From the human T2T-CHM13v2.0 reference genome, Homo sapiens: a DNA stretch of 64,000 nucleotides. The notes under the pieces are model-generated. The model searched no databases. It saw nothing but the letters and a program-made list of their open reading frames with translations, and had not been told where the DNA came from. Within the stretch, counting starts at the first letter, position 1. The number at the start of each line of letters is the position of its first letter. The position numbers and the translations under genes were made by a program. Positions 12,801-27,800 of this stretch are shown here, in pieces. Location of the stretch: NCBI RefSeq assembly GCF_009914755.1, contig NC_060948.1; one strand, given 5' to 3'.

Positions 12801-15800
12801 GACTGTAATGGAATGGACTCGAATAGAATGGACACGAATGCTCAAATTAAATGGACTCGAATGGAATGGAAACGAAAGGAATGTCATCGAATGGAATTGA
12901 ATCGATTGGAATGAAATCGCATAGAATGGAGTGGAATCAAATGGAATTGAATCGAAAGGAAAGGAAGCGAATGGACTGAAATGAAATGGAATGGAATTGA
13001 ATGGAAAGTAATGCAATGGAATAGAATGGAACGAAATTTCACGGAATGGAATCAAACTGAATGGAATCAAATCAATGGAATCAAATCAAATGGAATGGAA
13101 AGGAATTGAATGGAGTAGATGGGATTGGATGGGATTGGAATGAAATGTACTGGAAAGGACTCGAATTTCATGAAACGGAATGGAATGAATTGGAACGGAA
13201 TGGACTCGAATGGAATGGAATGTCATGGGATGGCATCAAATGTAATGGCATCAAATGGAATGGAATCGAATGCAATGGAATGCTATGGAATGGAATGGAA
13301 TGCATTGGAATGGAATGTCCTCTAATGGAATGGATTCGAGTGGAATGGAATTGAATATAATGGAGTCGAATGAAATGGAATTGAAAGGAATGGGATCGAA
13401 TACAATGGAATATACTGGAATGTAACGTAATGAACTCGAATGTAATTAACTGGAATGGAATGTACATGAATGGAATGTAATCGAATGGAAAGTAATCCAA
13501 TGGAATAGAATCTAATGCAATAAAATCGACTCAGATAGAGTAGAATGTAATGGAATGGAGTGCAGTGAAATGGAATGGAATGGAATGGAATGCAATGGAA
13601 TGGAATGGAATGGAATGGAATGGAATGGAATGGAATGGAATGGGATGGAATGGTATGGAATGGATAGTAATGGACTGGAGTGAAATGGACTGGAAAGGAA
13701 TGGACTCAAATTGAAAGGGCTCGAAAGGAATGGAGTCAAATGGAATGGTCTGGAATGGAATGAACACGAATGTAATGCAACCCAATAGAATGGAATCGAA
13801 TGGCATGGAATATAAAGAAATGGAATCGAAGAGAATGGAAACAAATGGAATGGAATTGAATGGAATGGGAACGAATGGAGTGAAATTGTATGCAGTAGAA
13901 GAGAATAGAATGGAATGCAAGCGAAAGGAAAGGAATGGATTGGAATGGAATGGAATTCATTGGAATGGAAGGGAATGTAGTGTAATGGACAGGCCTGGAA
14001 TAAAGTGGAATGCTACGGTCTCGAATGGAATAAAAATGTATGGAATGGAATGCAATGAAACGGAATCGAATGTCATAGAATGTAATGGAATGCAAAAAAA
14101 TGGAATCCAAAATCATTGACTGGAAAGGCTGGGTGTCGAAAGGAATTGACTCCAATGGAATGGAATCGAATGGAATGGAAGTGAATAGAATCGAACTAAA
14201 TCGAATGGAATGGAATTGATAGGAACGGAATGGAAAGGAATGCAATGATTTGCCATGGAATGGAATCGAATGGCATCGAATGGAAAGGAATGGAATGCAA
14301 TGGAATGGAATGTATTAGAATGTAATGAACTTTAATGGAATGTACTCGAATGGATTCGACTGGAATGGAAAGTTCTGGAAGTGAATGGACTCCAATGGAA
14401 TGGATTCAAAAGGAATGGAATCGTACGGAATGGAATCTAATGGAATGGAATTAAATGGAAATGAATCAAATTGAATAGCACGGAATTGAATTGAATGGAA
14501 TCGAATGCAATGGAATCTAATGAAACGGAAAGGAAAGGAATGGAATGGAATGGAATGGGCTGGAATGGAAAGGAATCGAAACGAATGGAATGGAATCGAA
14601 CTGAAGAGACTGGAATGGAATGCACTGGAATGGAAGGGAGTGTAATGGAAGGTTCTCGAAAAAAATGGAATCGAATGGAATGGAATTGAATGGAACGGAA
14701 TGGAGTTGAATGGAATTGAATGGAATGGAATGGACTAGAGTGAAATGGAAACGAACCACAAGGAATGGACAGGAATAGAATGGTCTCGAATTGAATGGAA
14801 TCGTATGGAATGGCATCAAACGGAATGGAATGGACAGCCACGGAATGGAATGCACTCGAATGCAATGGAGTCGAAACTAACGGACTGGAATAGAATGGAC
14901 TCGACTGGTACGGACTCCAATGGAATGGAATCGAATGGAAGGGAATCGAACGGAAGGGAATCGAACGGAATGGACTCGAAGGGAAAAGACTGCAATGGAA
15001 AGGTCTCGAATGGAATGGAAATTAATGGAATGGAATGGAGTCGAATGAAATGGAGTCAAAAGGAATGGAATCGAATGGCAAGAAATCGAATGTAATGGAA
15101 TCGCAAGGAATTGATGTGAACGGAACGGAATGGAATGGAATCCAAAGGAATGGAATAGAATGGAATGGAATCGAATGGAAAGGACTCGAATGGAAATCAC
15201 TCGAATAGAATGCAATTTAATAAAATAGGATCAAATGTAATGGAATGGAATGGAAAGGAATCGAAACGAAAGGAATGGAGACAGATGGAATGGAATGGAA
15301 CAGAGAGCAATGGTATAGAATGGAATGGAATCATCTGGAATGGAATTGAATGGAATGGAATAATATGAAATGGAATGGAATGGAATGGAATGGAATGCCC
15401 TTGAATTAAATGGACTGGAATGGAATGGACTCAAACAGAGTGGAATGGAAAGTGTGGAGATAGAATGGAATGAACTCCTTTGGAATGGTCTAGTGGGCAA
15501 TGCAATCGACTGGCAGGGAATCAAAAGGAATGTAATCGAATGGATTGGACTGGAATGCAATGGACTCGAATAGATTGGAAACGGAATGCAAAGAATGGAA
15601 TGGAATAGTATGGAATGGAATGGAAAGGAATGGAGTGGAACAGACTAGAGTGGAATGGAATGGACTGGAAAGCAATGGACTGGAATGGAACTTTCTTGAA
15701 TGGACTGGAATCAAACGGAATGGAATGCAATGCAATCAAATGGCATGGAATAAAATAGAATGAAAGAGAATCAAATGGAATTGAATCGAATGGAATCGAA

Positions 15801-18800
15801 TGGATTGGAAAGGAATAGAATGGAATGGAATGGAATTGACTCAAATGGAATGGACTAGAATGGAATGGATTCGAATGGAAGGCAAAGGAATGGAATCTAT
15901 TGGAATGGACTGTAATGGAATGGAATGGAAGGGATTGGAATGGACTCGAATGGAATGGACTGCAATAGAAAGGATTCGAATGGAATGAAAAAGAATTGAA
16001 TGGAATAGAACAGAATGGAATCAAATCGAATGAAATGGAATGGAATAGAAAGGAATGGAATGAAATGGAATGGAAAGGATTCGAATGGAATGCAATCGAA
16101 TGGAATGGAATCGAACGGAATGGAATAAAATGGAAGAAAACTGGCAAGAAATGGAATCGAAATGAATGGAGTGTTATGGAACGGACTCAAAAGGAATTGA
16201 ATGTAATAGAATAGAGTGGAGTGGACTCGAATATAATGGACTGGAATGGAATGAAATCACATGGAATGGGAACGAATGGAATGGAATGGAAAGGAATGGA
16301 ATCGAATGGAAAGGAATCGAATGGAAGGGAATGAAATTGAATCAACAGGAATGGAAGGGAATAGAATAGACGGTAATGGAATGGACTCGAATAGAATGGA
16401 CACGAATGCTCAAATTAAATGGACTCGAATGGAATGGAAACGAAAGGAATGTCATCGAATGGAATTGAATCGATTGGAATGAAATCGCATAGAATGGAGT
16501 GGAATCAAATGGAATTGAATCGAAAGGAAAGGAAGCGAATGGACTGAAATGAAATGGAATGGAATTGAATGGAAAGTAATGCAATGGAATAGAATGGAAC
16601 GAAATTTCACGGAATGGAATCAAACTGAATGGAATCAAATCAATGGAATCAAATCAAATGGAATGGAAAGGAATTGAATGGAGTAGATGGGATTGGATGG
16701 GATTGGAATGAAATGTACTGGAAAGGACTCGAATTTCATGAAACGGAATGGAATGAATTGGAACGGAATGGACTCGAATGGAATGGAATGTCATGGGATG
16801 GCATCAAATGGAATGGCATCAAATGGAATGGAATCGAATGCAATGGAATGCTATGGAATGGAATGGAATGCATTGGAATGGAATGTCCTCTAATGGAATG
16901 GATTCGAGTGGAATGGAATTGAATATAATGGAGTCGAATGAAATGGAATTGAAAGGAATGGGATCGAATACAATGGAATATACTGGAATGTAACGTAACG
17001 AACTCGAATGTAATTAACTGGAATGGAATGTACATGAATGGAATGTAATCGAATGGAAAGTAATCCAATGGAATAGAATCTAATGCAATAAAATCGACTC
17101 AGATAGAGTAGAATGTAATGGAATGGAGTGCAGTGCAATGGAATGGAATGGAATGGAATGCAATGGAATGGAATGGAATGGAATGGAATGGAATGGAATG
17201 GAATGGGATGGAATGGTATGGAATGGATAGTAATGGACTGGAGTGAAATGGACTGGAAAGGAATGGACTCAAATTGAAAGGGCTCGAAAGGAATGGAGTC
17301 AAATGGAATGGTCTGGAATGGAATGAACACGAATGTAATGCAACCCAATAGAATGGAATCGAATGGCATGGAATATAAAGAAATGGAATCGAAGAGAATG
17401 GAAACAAATGGAATGGAATTGAATGGAATGGAATTGAATGGAATGGGAACGAATGGAGGGAAATTGTATGCAGTAGAAGAGAATAGAATGGAATGCAAGC
17501 GAAAGGAAAGGAATGGATTGGAATGGAATGGAATTCATTGGAATGGAAGGGAATGTAGTGTAATGGACAGGCCTGGAATAAAGTGGAATGCTACGGTCTC
17601 GAATGGAATAAAAATACATGGAATGGAATGCAATGAAACGGAATCGAATGTCATAGAATGTAATGGAATGCAAAAAAATGGAATCCAAAATCATTGACTG
17701 GAAAGTCTGGGAGTCAAAAGGAATTGACTCCAATGGAATGGAATCGAATGGAATGGAAGTGAATAGAATCGAACTAAATCGAATGGAATGGAATTGATAG
17801 GAACGGAATGGAAAGGAATGCAATGATTTGGCATGGAATGGAATCGAATGGCATCGAATGGAATGGAATGGAATGCAATGGAATGGAATGTATTAGAATG
17901 TAATGAACTTTAATGGAATGTACTCGAATGGATTCGACTGGAATGGAATGTTCTGGAAGTGAATGGACTCCAATGGAATGGATTCAAAAGGAATGGAATC
18001 GTACGGAATGGAATCTAATGGAATGGAATTAAATGGAAATGAATCAAATTGAATAGCACGGAATTAAATTGAATGGAATCGAATGCAATGGAATCTAATG
18101 AAACGGAAAGGAAAGGAATGCAATGGAATGGAATGGGCTGGAATGGAAAGGAATCGAAACGAATGGAATGGAATCGAACTGAAGAGACTGGAATGGAATG
18201 CACTGGAATGGAAGGGAGTGTAATGGAAGGTTCTCGAAAAAAATGGAATCGAATGGAATGGAATTGAATGGAACGGAATAGAGTCGAATGGAATTGAATG
18301 GAATGGAATGGACTAGAGTGAAATGGAATCGAACCACAAGGAATGGACAGGAATAGAATGGTCTCGAATTGAATGGAATCGTATGGAATGGCATCAAACG
18401 GAATGGAATGGACAGCCACGGAATGGAATGCACTCGAATGCAATGGAGTCGAAACTAATGGACTGGAATAGAATGGACTCGACTGGTACGGACTCCAATG
18501 GAATGGAATCGAATGGAAGGGAATCGAACGGAAGGGAATCGAACGGAATGGACTCGAAGGGAAAAGACTGCAATGGAAAGGTCTCGAATGGAATGGAAAT
18601 TAATGGAATGGAATGGAATCGAATGAAATGGAGTCAAAAGGAATCGAATCGAATGGCAAGAAATCGAATGTAATGGAATCGCCAGGAATTGATGTGAACG
18701 GAACGGAATGGAATGGAATCCAAAGGAATGGAATAGAATGGAATGGAATCGAATGGAAAGGACTCGAATGGAAATCACTCGAACAGAATGCAATTTAATA

Positions 18801-21800
18801 AAATAGGATCAAATGTAATGGAATGGAATGGAAAGGAATCGAAACGAAAGGAATGGAGACAGATGGAATGGAATGGAACAGAGAGCAATGGTATAGAATG
18901 GAATGGAATCATCTGGAATGGAATTGAATGGAATGGAATAATATGAAATGGAATGGAATGGAATGGAATGGAATGCCCTTGAATTAAATGGACTGGAATG
19001 GAATGGACTCAAACAGAGTGGAATGGAAAGTGTGGAGATAGAATGGAATGAACTCCTTTGGAATGGTGTAGTATGCAATGCAATAGACTGGCAGGGAATC
19101 AAAAGGAATGTAATCGAATGGATTGGACTGGAATGCAATGGACTCGAATAGATTGGAAACGGAATGCAAAGGAATGGAATGGATTAGTATGGAATGCAAT
19201 GGAAGGGAATGGAGTGGAATAGACTAGAGTGGAATGGAATGGACTGGAAAGCAATGCACTGGAATGGAACTTTCTTGGATGGACTGGAATCAAACGGAAT
19301 GGAATGCAATGCAATCAAATGGCATGGAATAAAATTGAATGAAAGAGAATCAAATGGAATTGAATCGAATGGAATCGAATGGATTGGAAAGGAATAGAAT
19401 GGAATGGAATGGAATTGACTCAAATGGAATGGACTAGAATGGAATGGATTCGAATGGAAGGCAAAGGAATGGAATCTATTGGAATGGACTGTAATGGAAT
19501 GGAATGGAAGGGATTGGAATGGACTCGAATGGAATGGACTGCAATAGAAAGGATTCGAATGGAATGAAAAAGAATTGAATGGAATAGAACAGAATGGAAT
19601 CAAATCGAATGAAATGGAATGGAATAGAAAGGAATGGAATGAAATGCAATGGAAAGGATTCGAATGGAATGCAATCGAATGGAATGGAATCGAACGGAAT
19701 GGAATGAAATGGAAGAAAACTGGCAAGAAATGGAATCGAAATGAATGGAGTGTTATGGAACGGACTCAAAAGGAATTGAATGTAACAGAATGGAGTGGAG
19801 TGGACTCGAATATAATGGACTGGAATGGAATGAAATCACATGGAATGGGAACGAATGGAATGGAATGGAAAGGAATGGAATCGAATGGAAAGGAATCGAA
19901 TGGAAGGGAATGAAATTGAATCAACAGGAATGGAAGGGAATAGAATAGACTGTAATGGAATGGACTCGAATAGAATGGACACGAATGCTCAAATTAAATG
20001 GACTCGAATGGAATGGAAACGAAAGGAATGTCATCGAATGGAATTGAATCGATTGGAATGAAATCGCATAGAATGGAGTGGAATCAAATGGAATTGAATC
20101 GAAAGGAAAGGAAGCGAATGGACTGAAATGAAATGGAATGGAATTGAATGGAAAGTAATGCAATGGAATAGAATGGAACGAAATTTCACGGAATGGAATC
20201 AAACTGAATGGAATCAAATCAATGGAATCAAATCAAATGGAATGGAAAGGAATTGAATGGAGTAGATGGGATTGGATGGGATTGGAATGAAATGTACTGG
20301 AAAGGACTCGAATTTCATGAAACGGAATGGAATGAATTGGAACGGAATGGACTCGAATGGAATGGAATGTCATGGGATGGCATCAAATGTAATGGCATCA
20401 AATGGAATGGAATCGAATGCAATGGAATGCTATGGAATGGAATGGAATGCATTGGAATGGAATGTCCTCTAATGGAATGGATTCGAGTGGAATGGAATTG
20501 AATATAATGGAGTCGAATGAAATGGAATTGAAAGGAATGGGATCGAATACAATGGAATATACTGGAATGTAACGTAATGAACTCGAATGTAATTGACTGG
20601 AATGGAATGTACATGAATGGAATGTAATCGAATGGAAAGTAATCCAATGGAATAGAATCTAATGCAATAAAATCGACTCAGATAGAGTAGAATGTAATGG
20701 AATGGAGTGCAGTGAAATGGAATGGAATGGAATGGAATGCAATGGAATGGAATGGAATGGAATGGAATGGAATGGAATGGAATGGAATGGGATGGAATGG
20801 TATGGAATGGATAGTAATGGACTGGAGTGAAATGGACTGGAAAGGAATGGACTCAAATTGAAAGGGCTCGAAAGGAATGGAGTCAAATGGAATGGTCTGG
20901 AATGGAATGAACACGAATGTAATGCAACCCAATAGAATGGAATCGAATGGCATGGAATATAAAGAAATGGAATCGAAGAGAATGGAAACAAATGGAATGG
21001 AATTGAATGGAATGGGAACGAATGGAGTGAAATTGTATGCAGTAGAAGAGAATAGAATGGAATGCAAGCGAAAGGAAAGGAATGGATTGGAATGGAATGG
21101 AATTCATTGGAATGGAAGGGAATGTAGTGTAATGGACAGGCCTGGAATAAAGTGGAATGCTACGGTCTCGAATGGAATAAAAATGTATGGAATGGAATGC
21201 AATGAAACGGAATCGAATGTCATAGAATGTAATGGAATGCAAAAAAATGGAATCCAAAATCATTGACTGGAAAGGCTGGGTGTCGAAAGGAATTGACTCC
21301 AATGGAATGGAATCGAATGGAATGGAAGTGAATAGAATCGAACTAAATCGAATGGAATGGAATTGATAGGAACGGAATGGAAAGGAATGCAATGATTTGC
21401 CATGGAATGGAATCGAATGGCATCGAATGGAATGGAATGGAATGCAATGGAATGGAATGTATTAGAATGTAATGAACTTTAATGGAATGTACTCGAATGG
21501 ATTCGACTGGAATGGAAAGTTCTGGAAGTGAATGGACTCCAATGGAATGGATTCAAAAGGAATGGAATCGTACGGAATGGAATCTAATGGAATGGAATTA
21601 AATGGAAATGAATCAAATTGAATAGCACGGAATTGAATTGAATGGAATGGAATGCAATGGAATCTAATGAAACGGAAAGGAAAGGAATGGAATGGAATGG
21701 AATGGGCTGGAATGGAAAGGAATCGAAACGAATGGAATGGAATCGAACTGAAGAGACTGGAATGGAATGCACTGGAATGGAAGGGAGTGTAATGGAAGGT

Positions 21801-24800
21801 TCTCGAAAAAAATGGAATCGAATGGAATGGAATTGAATGGAACGGAATGGAGTTGAATGGAATTGAATGGAATGGAATGGACTAGAGTGAAATGGAAACG
21901 AACCACAAGGAATGGACAGGAATAGAATGGTCTCGAATTGAATGGAATCGTATGGAATGGCATCAAACGGAATGGAATGGACAGCCACGGAATGGAATGC
22001 ACTCGAATGCAATGGAGTCGAAACTAACGGACTGGAATAGAATGGACTCGACTGGTACGGACTCCAATGGAATGGAATCGAATGGAAGGGAATCGAACGG
22101 AAGGGAATCGAACGGAATGGACTCGAAGGGAAAAGACTGCAATGGAAAGGTCTCGAATGGAATGGAAATTAATGGAATGGAATGGAGTCGAATGAAATGG
22201 AGTCAAAAGGAATGGAATCGAATGGCAAGAAATCGAATGTAATGGAATCGCAAGGAATTGATGTGAACGGAACGGAATGGAATGGAATCCAAAGGAATGG
22301 AATAGAATGGAATGGAATCGAATGGAAAGGACTCGAATGGAAATCACTCGAATAGAATGCAATTTAATAAAGTAGGATCAAATGTAATGGAATGGAATGG
22401 AAAGGAATCGAAACGAAAGGAATGGAGACAGATGGAATGGAATGGAACAGAGAGCAATGGTATAGAATGGAATGGAATCATCTGGAATGGAATTGAATGG
22501 AATGGAATAATATGAAATGGAATGGAATGGAATGGAATGGAATGCCCTTGAATTAAATGGACTGGAATGGAATGGACTCAAACAGAGTGGAATGGAAAGT
22601 GTGGAGATAGAATGGAATGAACTCCTTGGAATGGTCTAGTGGGCAATGCAATCGACTGGCAGGGAATCAAAAGGAATGTAATCGAATGGATTGGACTGGA
22701 ATGCAATGGACTCGAATAGATTGGAAACGGAATGCAAAGAATGGAATGGAATAGTATGGAATGGAATGGAAAGGAATGGAGTGGAACAGACTAGAGTGGA
22801 ATGGAATGGACTGGAAAGCAATGGACTGGAATGGAACTTTCTTGAATGGACTGGAATCAAACGGAATGGAATGCAATGCAATCAAATGGCATGGAATAAA
22901 ATAGAATGAAAGAGAATCAAATGGAATTGAATCGAATGGAATCGAATGGATTGGAAAGGAATAGAATGGAATGGAATGGAATTGACTCAAATGGAATGGA
23001 CTAGAATGGAATGGATTCGAATGGAAGGCAAAGGAATGGAATCTATTGGAATGGACTGTAATGGAATGGAATGGAAGGGATTGGAATGGACTCGAATGGA
23101 ATGGACTGCAATAGAAAGGATTCGAATGGAATGAAAAAGAATTGAATGGAATAGAACAGAATGGAATCAAATCGAATGAAATGGAATGGAATAGAAAGGA
23201 ATGGAATGAAATGGAATGGAAAGGATTCGAATGGAATGCAATCGAATGGAATGGAATCGAACGGAATGGAATAAAATGGAAGAAAACTGGCAAGAAATGG
23301 AATCGAAATGAATGGAGTGTTATGGAACGGACTCAAAAGGAATTGAATGTAATAGAATGGAGTGGAGTGGACTCGAATATAATGGACTGGAATGGAATGA
23401 AATCACATGGAATGGGAACGAATGGAATGGAATGGAAAGGAATGGAATCGAATGGAAAGGAATCGAATGGAAGGGAATGAAATTGAATCAACAGGAATGG
23501 AAGGGAATAGAATAGACTGTAATGGAATGGACTCGAATAGAATGGACACGAATGCTCAAATTAAATGGACTCGAATGGAATGGAAACGAAAGGAATGTCA
23601 TCGAATGGAATTGAATCGATTGGAATGAAATCGCATAGAATGGAGTGGAATCAAATGGAATTGAATCGAAAGGAAAGGAAGCGAATGGACTGAAATGAAA
23701 TGGAATGGAATTGAATGGAAAGTAATGCAATGGAATAGAATGGAACGAAATTTCACGGAATGGAATCAAACTGAATGGAATCAAATCAATGGAATCAAAT
23801 CAAATGGAATGGAAAGGAATTGAATGGAGTAGATGGGATTGGATGGGATTGGAATGAAATGTACTGGAAAGGACTCGAATTTCATGAAACGGAATGGAAT
23901 GAATTGGAACGGAATGGACTCGAATGGAATGGAATGTCATGGGATGGCATCAAATGGAATGGCATCAAATGGAATGGAATCGAATGCAATGGAATGCTAT
24001 GGAATGGAATGGAATGCATTGGAATGGAATGTCCTCTAATGGAATGGATTCGAGTGGAATGGAATTGAATATAATGGAGTCGAATGAAATGGAATTGAAA
24101 GGAATGGGATCGAATACAATGGAATATACTGGAATGTAACGTAATGAACTCGAATGTAATTGACTGGAATGGAATGTACATGAATGGAATGTAATCGAAT
24201 GGAAAGTAATCCAATGGAATAGAATCTAATGCAATAAAACCGACTCAGATAGAGTAGAATGTAATGGAATGGAGTGCAGTGCAATGGAATGGAATGGAAT
24301 GGAATGCAATGGAATGGAATGGAATGGAATGGAATGGAATGGAACGGAATGGAATGGGATGGAATGGTATGGAATGGATAGTAATGGACTGGAGTGAAAT
24401 GGACTGGAAAGGAATGGACTCAAATTGAAAGGGCTCGAAAGGAATGGAGTCAAATGGAATGGTCTGGAATGGAATGAACACGAATGTAATGCAACCCAAT
24501 AGAATGGAATCGAATGGCATGGAATATAAAGAAATGGAATCGAAGAGAATGGAAACAAATGGAATGGAATTGAATGGAATGGGAACGAATGGAGTGAAAT
24601 TGTATGCAGTAGAAGAGAATAGAATGGAATGCAAGCGAAAGGAAAGGAATGCATTGGAATGGAATGGAATTCATTGGAATGGATGGGAATGTAGTGTAAT
24701 GGACAGGCCTGGAATAAAGTGGAATGCTACGGTCTCGAATGGAATAAAAATGTATGGAATGGAATGCAATGAAACGGAATCGAATGTCATAGAATGTAAT

Positions 24801-27800
24801 GGAATGCAAAAAAATGGAATCCAAAATCATTGACTGGAAAGGCTGGGTGTCGAAAGGAATTGACTCCAATGGAATGGAATCGAATGGAATGGAAGTGAAT
24901 AGAATCGAACTAAATCGAATGGAATGGAATTGATAGGAACGGAATGGGAAGGAATGCAATGATTTGGCATGGAATGGAATCGAATGGCATCGAATGGAAT
25001 GGAATGGAATGCAATGGAATGGAATGTATTAGAATGTAATGAACTTTAATGGAATGTACTTGAATGGATTCGACTGGAATGGAATGTTCTGGAAGTGAAT
25101 GGACTCCAATGGAATGGATTCCAAAGGAATGGAATCGTACGGAATGGAATCTAATGGAATGGAATTAAATGGAAATGAATCAAATTGAATAGCACGGAAT
25201 TGAATTGAATGGAATCGAATGCAATGGAATCTAATGAAACGGAAAGGAAAGGAATGGAATGGAATGGGCTGGAATGGAAAGGAATCGAAACGAATGGAAT
25301 GGAATCGAACTGAAGAGACTGGAATGGAATGCACTGGAATGGAAGGGAGTGTAATGGAAGGTTCTCGAAAAAAATGGAATCGAATGGAATGGAATTGAAT
25401 GGAACGGAATAGAGTCGAATGGAATTGAATGGAATGGAATGGACTAGAGTGAAATGGAATCGAACCACAAGGAATGGACAGGAATAGAATGGTCTCGAAT
25501 TGAATGGAATCGTATGGAATGGCATCAAACGGAATGGAATGGACAGCCACGGAATGGAATGCACTCGAATGCAATGGAGTCGAAACTAACGGACTGGAAT
25601 AGAATGGACTCGACTGGTACGGACTCCAATGGAATGGAATCGAATGGAAGGGAATCGAACGGAAGGGAATCGAACGGAATGGACTCGAAGGGAAAAGACT
25701 GCAATGGAAAGGTCTCGAATGGAATGGAAATTAATGGAATGGAATGGAGTCGAATGAAATGGAGTCAAAAGGAATGGAATCGAATGGCAAGAAATCGAAT
25801 GTAATGGAATCGCAAGGAATTGATGTGAACGGAACGGAATGGAATGGAATCCAAAGGAATGGAATAGAATGGAATGGAATCGAATGGAAAGGACTCGAAT
25901 GGAAATCACTCGAATAGAATGCAATTTAATAAAATAGGATCAAATGTAATGGAATGGAATGGAAAGGAATCGAAACGAAAGGAATGGAGACAGATGGAAT
26001 GGAATGGAACAGAGAGCAATGGTATAGAATGGAATGGAATCATCTGGAATGGAATTGAATGGAATGGAATAATATGAAATGGAATGGAATGGAATGGAAT
26101 GGAATGGAATGCCCTTGAATTAAATGGACTGGAATGGAATGGACTCAAACAGAGTGGAATGGAAAGTGTGGAGATAGAATGGAATGAACTCCTTTGGAAT
26201 GGTCTAGTAGGCAATGCAATCGACTGGCAGGGAAACAAAAGGAATGTAATCGAATGGATTGGACTGGAATGCAATGGACTCGAATAGATTGGAAACGGAA
26301 TGCAAAGAATGGAATGGAATAGTATGGAATGGAATGGAAAGGAATGGAGTGGCACAGACTAGAGTGGAATGGAATGGACTGGAAAGCAATGGACTGGAAT
26401 GGAACTTTCTTGAATGGACTGGAATCAAACGGAATGGAATGCAATGCAATCAAATGGCATGGAATAAAATAGAATGAAAGAGAATCAAATGGAATTGAAT
26501 CGAATGGAATCGAATGGATTGGAAAGGAATAGAATGGAATGGAATGGAATTGACTCAAATGGAATGGACTAGAATGGAATGGATTCGAATGGAAGGCAAA
26601 GGAATGGAATCTATTGGAATGGACTGTAATGGAATGGAATGGAAGGGATTGGAATGGACTCGAATGGAATGGACTGCAATAGAAAGGATTCGAATGGAAT
26701 GAAAAAGAATTGAATGGAATAGAACAGAATGGAATCAAATCGAATGAAATGGAATGGAATAGAAAGGAATGGAATGAAATGGAATGGAAAGGATTCGAAT
26801 GGAATGCAATCGAATGGAATGGAATCGAACGGAATGGAATAAAATGGAAGAAAACTGGCAAGAAATGGAATCGAAATGAATGGAGTGTTATGGAACGGAC
26901 TCAAAAGGAATTGAATGTAATAGAATGGAGTGGAGTGGACTCGAATATAATGGACTGGAATGGAATGAAATCACATGGAATGGGAACGAATGGAATGGAA
27001 TGGAAAGGAATGGAATCGAATGGAAAGGAATCGAATGGAAGGGAATGAAATTGAATCAACAGGAATGGAAGGGAATAGAATAGACGGTAATGGAATGGAC
27101 TCGAATAGAATGGACACGAATGCTCAAATTAAATGGACTCGAATGGAATGGAAACGAAAGGAATGTCATCGAATGGAATTGAATCGATTGGAATGAAATC
27201 GCATAGAATGGAGTGGAATCAAATGGAATTGAATCGAAAGGAAAGGAAGCGAATGGACTGAAATGAAATGGAATGGAATTGAATGGAAAGTAATGCAATG
27301 GAATAGAATGGAACGAAATTTCACGGAATGGAATCAAACTGAATGGAATCAAATCAATGGAATCAAATCAAATGGAATGGAAAGGAATTGAATGGAGTAG
27401 ATGGGATTGGATGGGATTGGAATGAAATGTACTGGAAAGGACTCGAATTTCATGAAACGGAATGGAATGAATTGGAACGGAATGGACTCGTATGGAATGG
27501 AATGTCATGGGATGGCATCAAATGGAATGGCATCAAATGGAATGGAATCGAATGCAATGGAATGCTATGGAATGGAATGGAATGCATTGGAATGGAATGT
27601 CCTCTAATGGAATGGATTCGAGTGGAATGGAATTGAATATAATGGAGTCGAATGAAATGGAATTGAAAGGAATGGGATCGAATACAATGGAATATACTGG
27701 AATGTAACGTAATGAACTCGAATGTAATTGACTGGAATGGAATGTACATGAATGGAATGTAATCGAATGGAAAGTAATCCAATGGAATAGAATCTAATGC

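Larger units (their letters stand above)
3000..24440 (+). repeat. Dimeric (AB)n super-repeat of DYZ1 monomers, period 7,142-7,147 bp, about 3 copies
   Basis: Monomer lengths alternate 3578/3569. Landmark offsets 7598->14745->21892 and 11176->18323 are each 7147. Diagnostic variants alternate: A has CGCCAGG, AAAGTCTGGGAGTC and AATACATGG; B has GGAAACGAACC, CTAACGG, GGTCTAGTGGGC and GCAAAGAATGG. Boundaries are approximate. Confidence 0.85.

Noticed and set aside
22620-22630. Singleton 1-bp deletion (CTCCTTGG vs CTCCTTTGG)
   Set aside because: A single homopolymer-length difference cannot be distinguished from sequencing or consensus error without reads.
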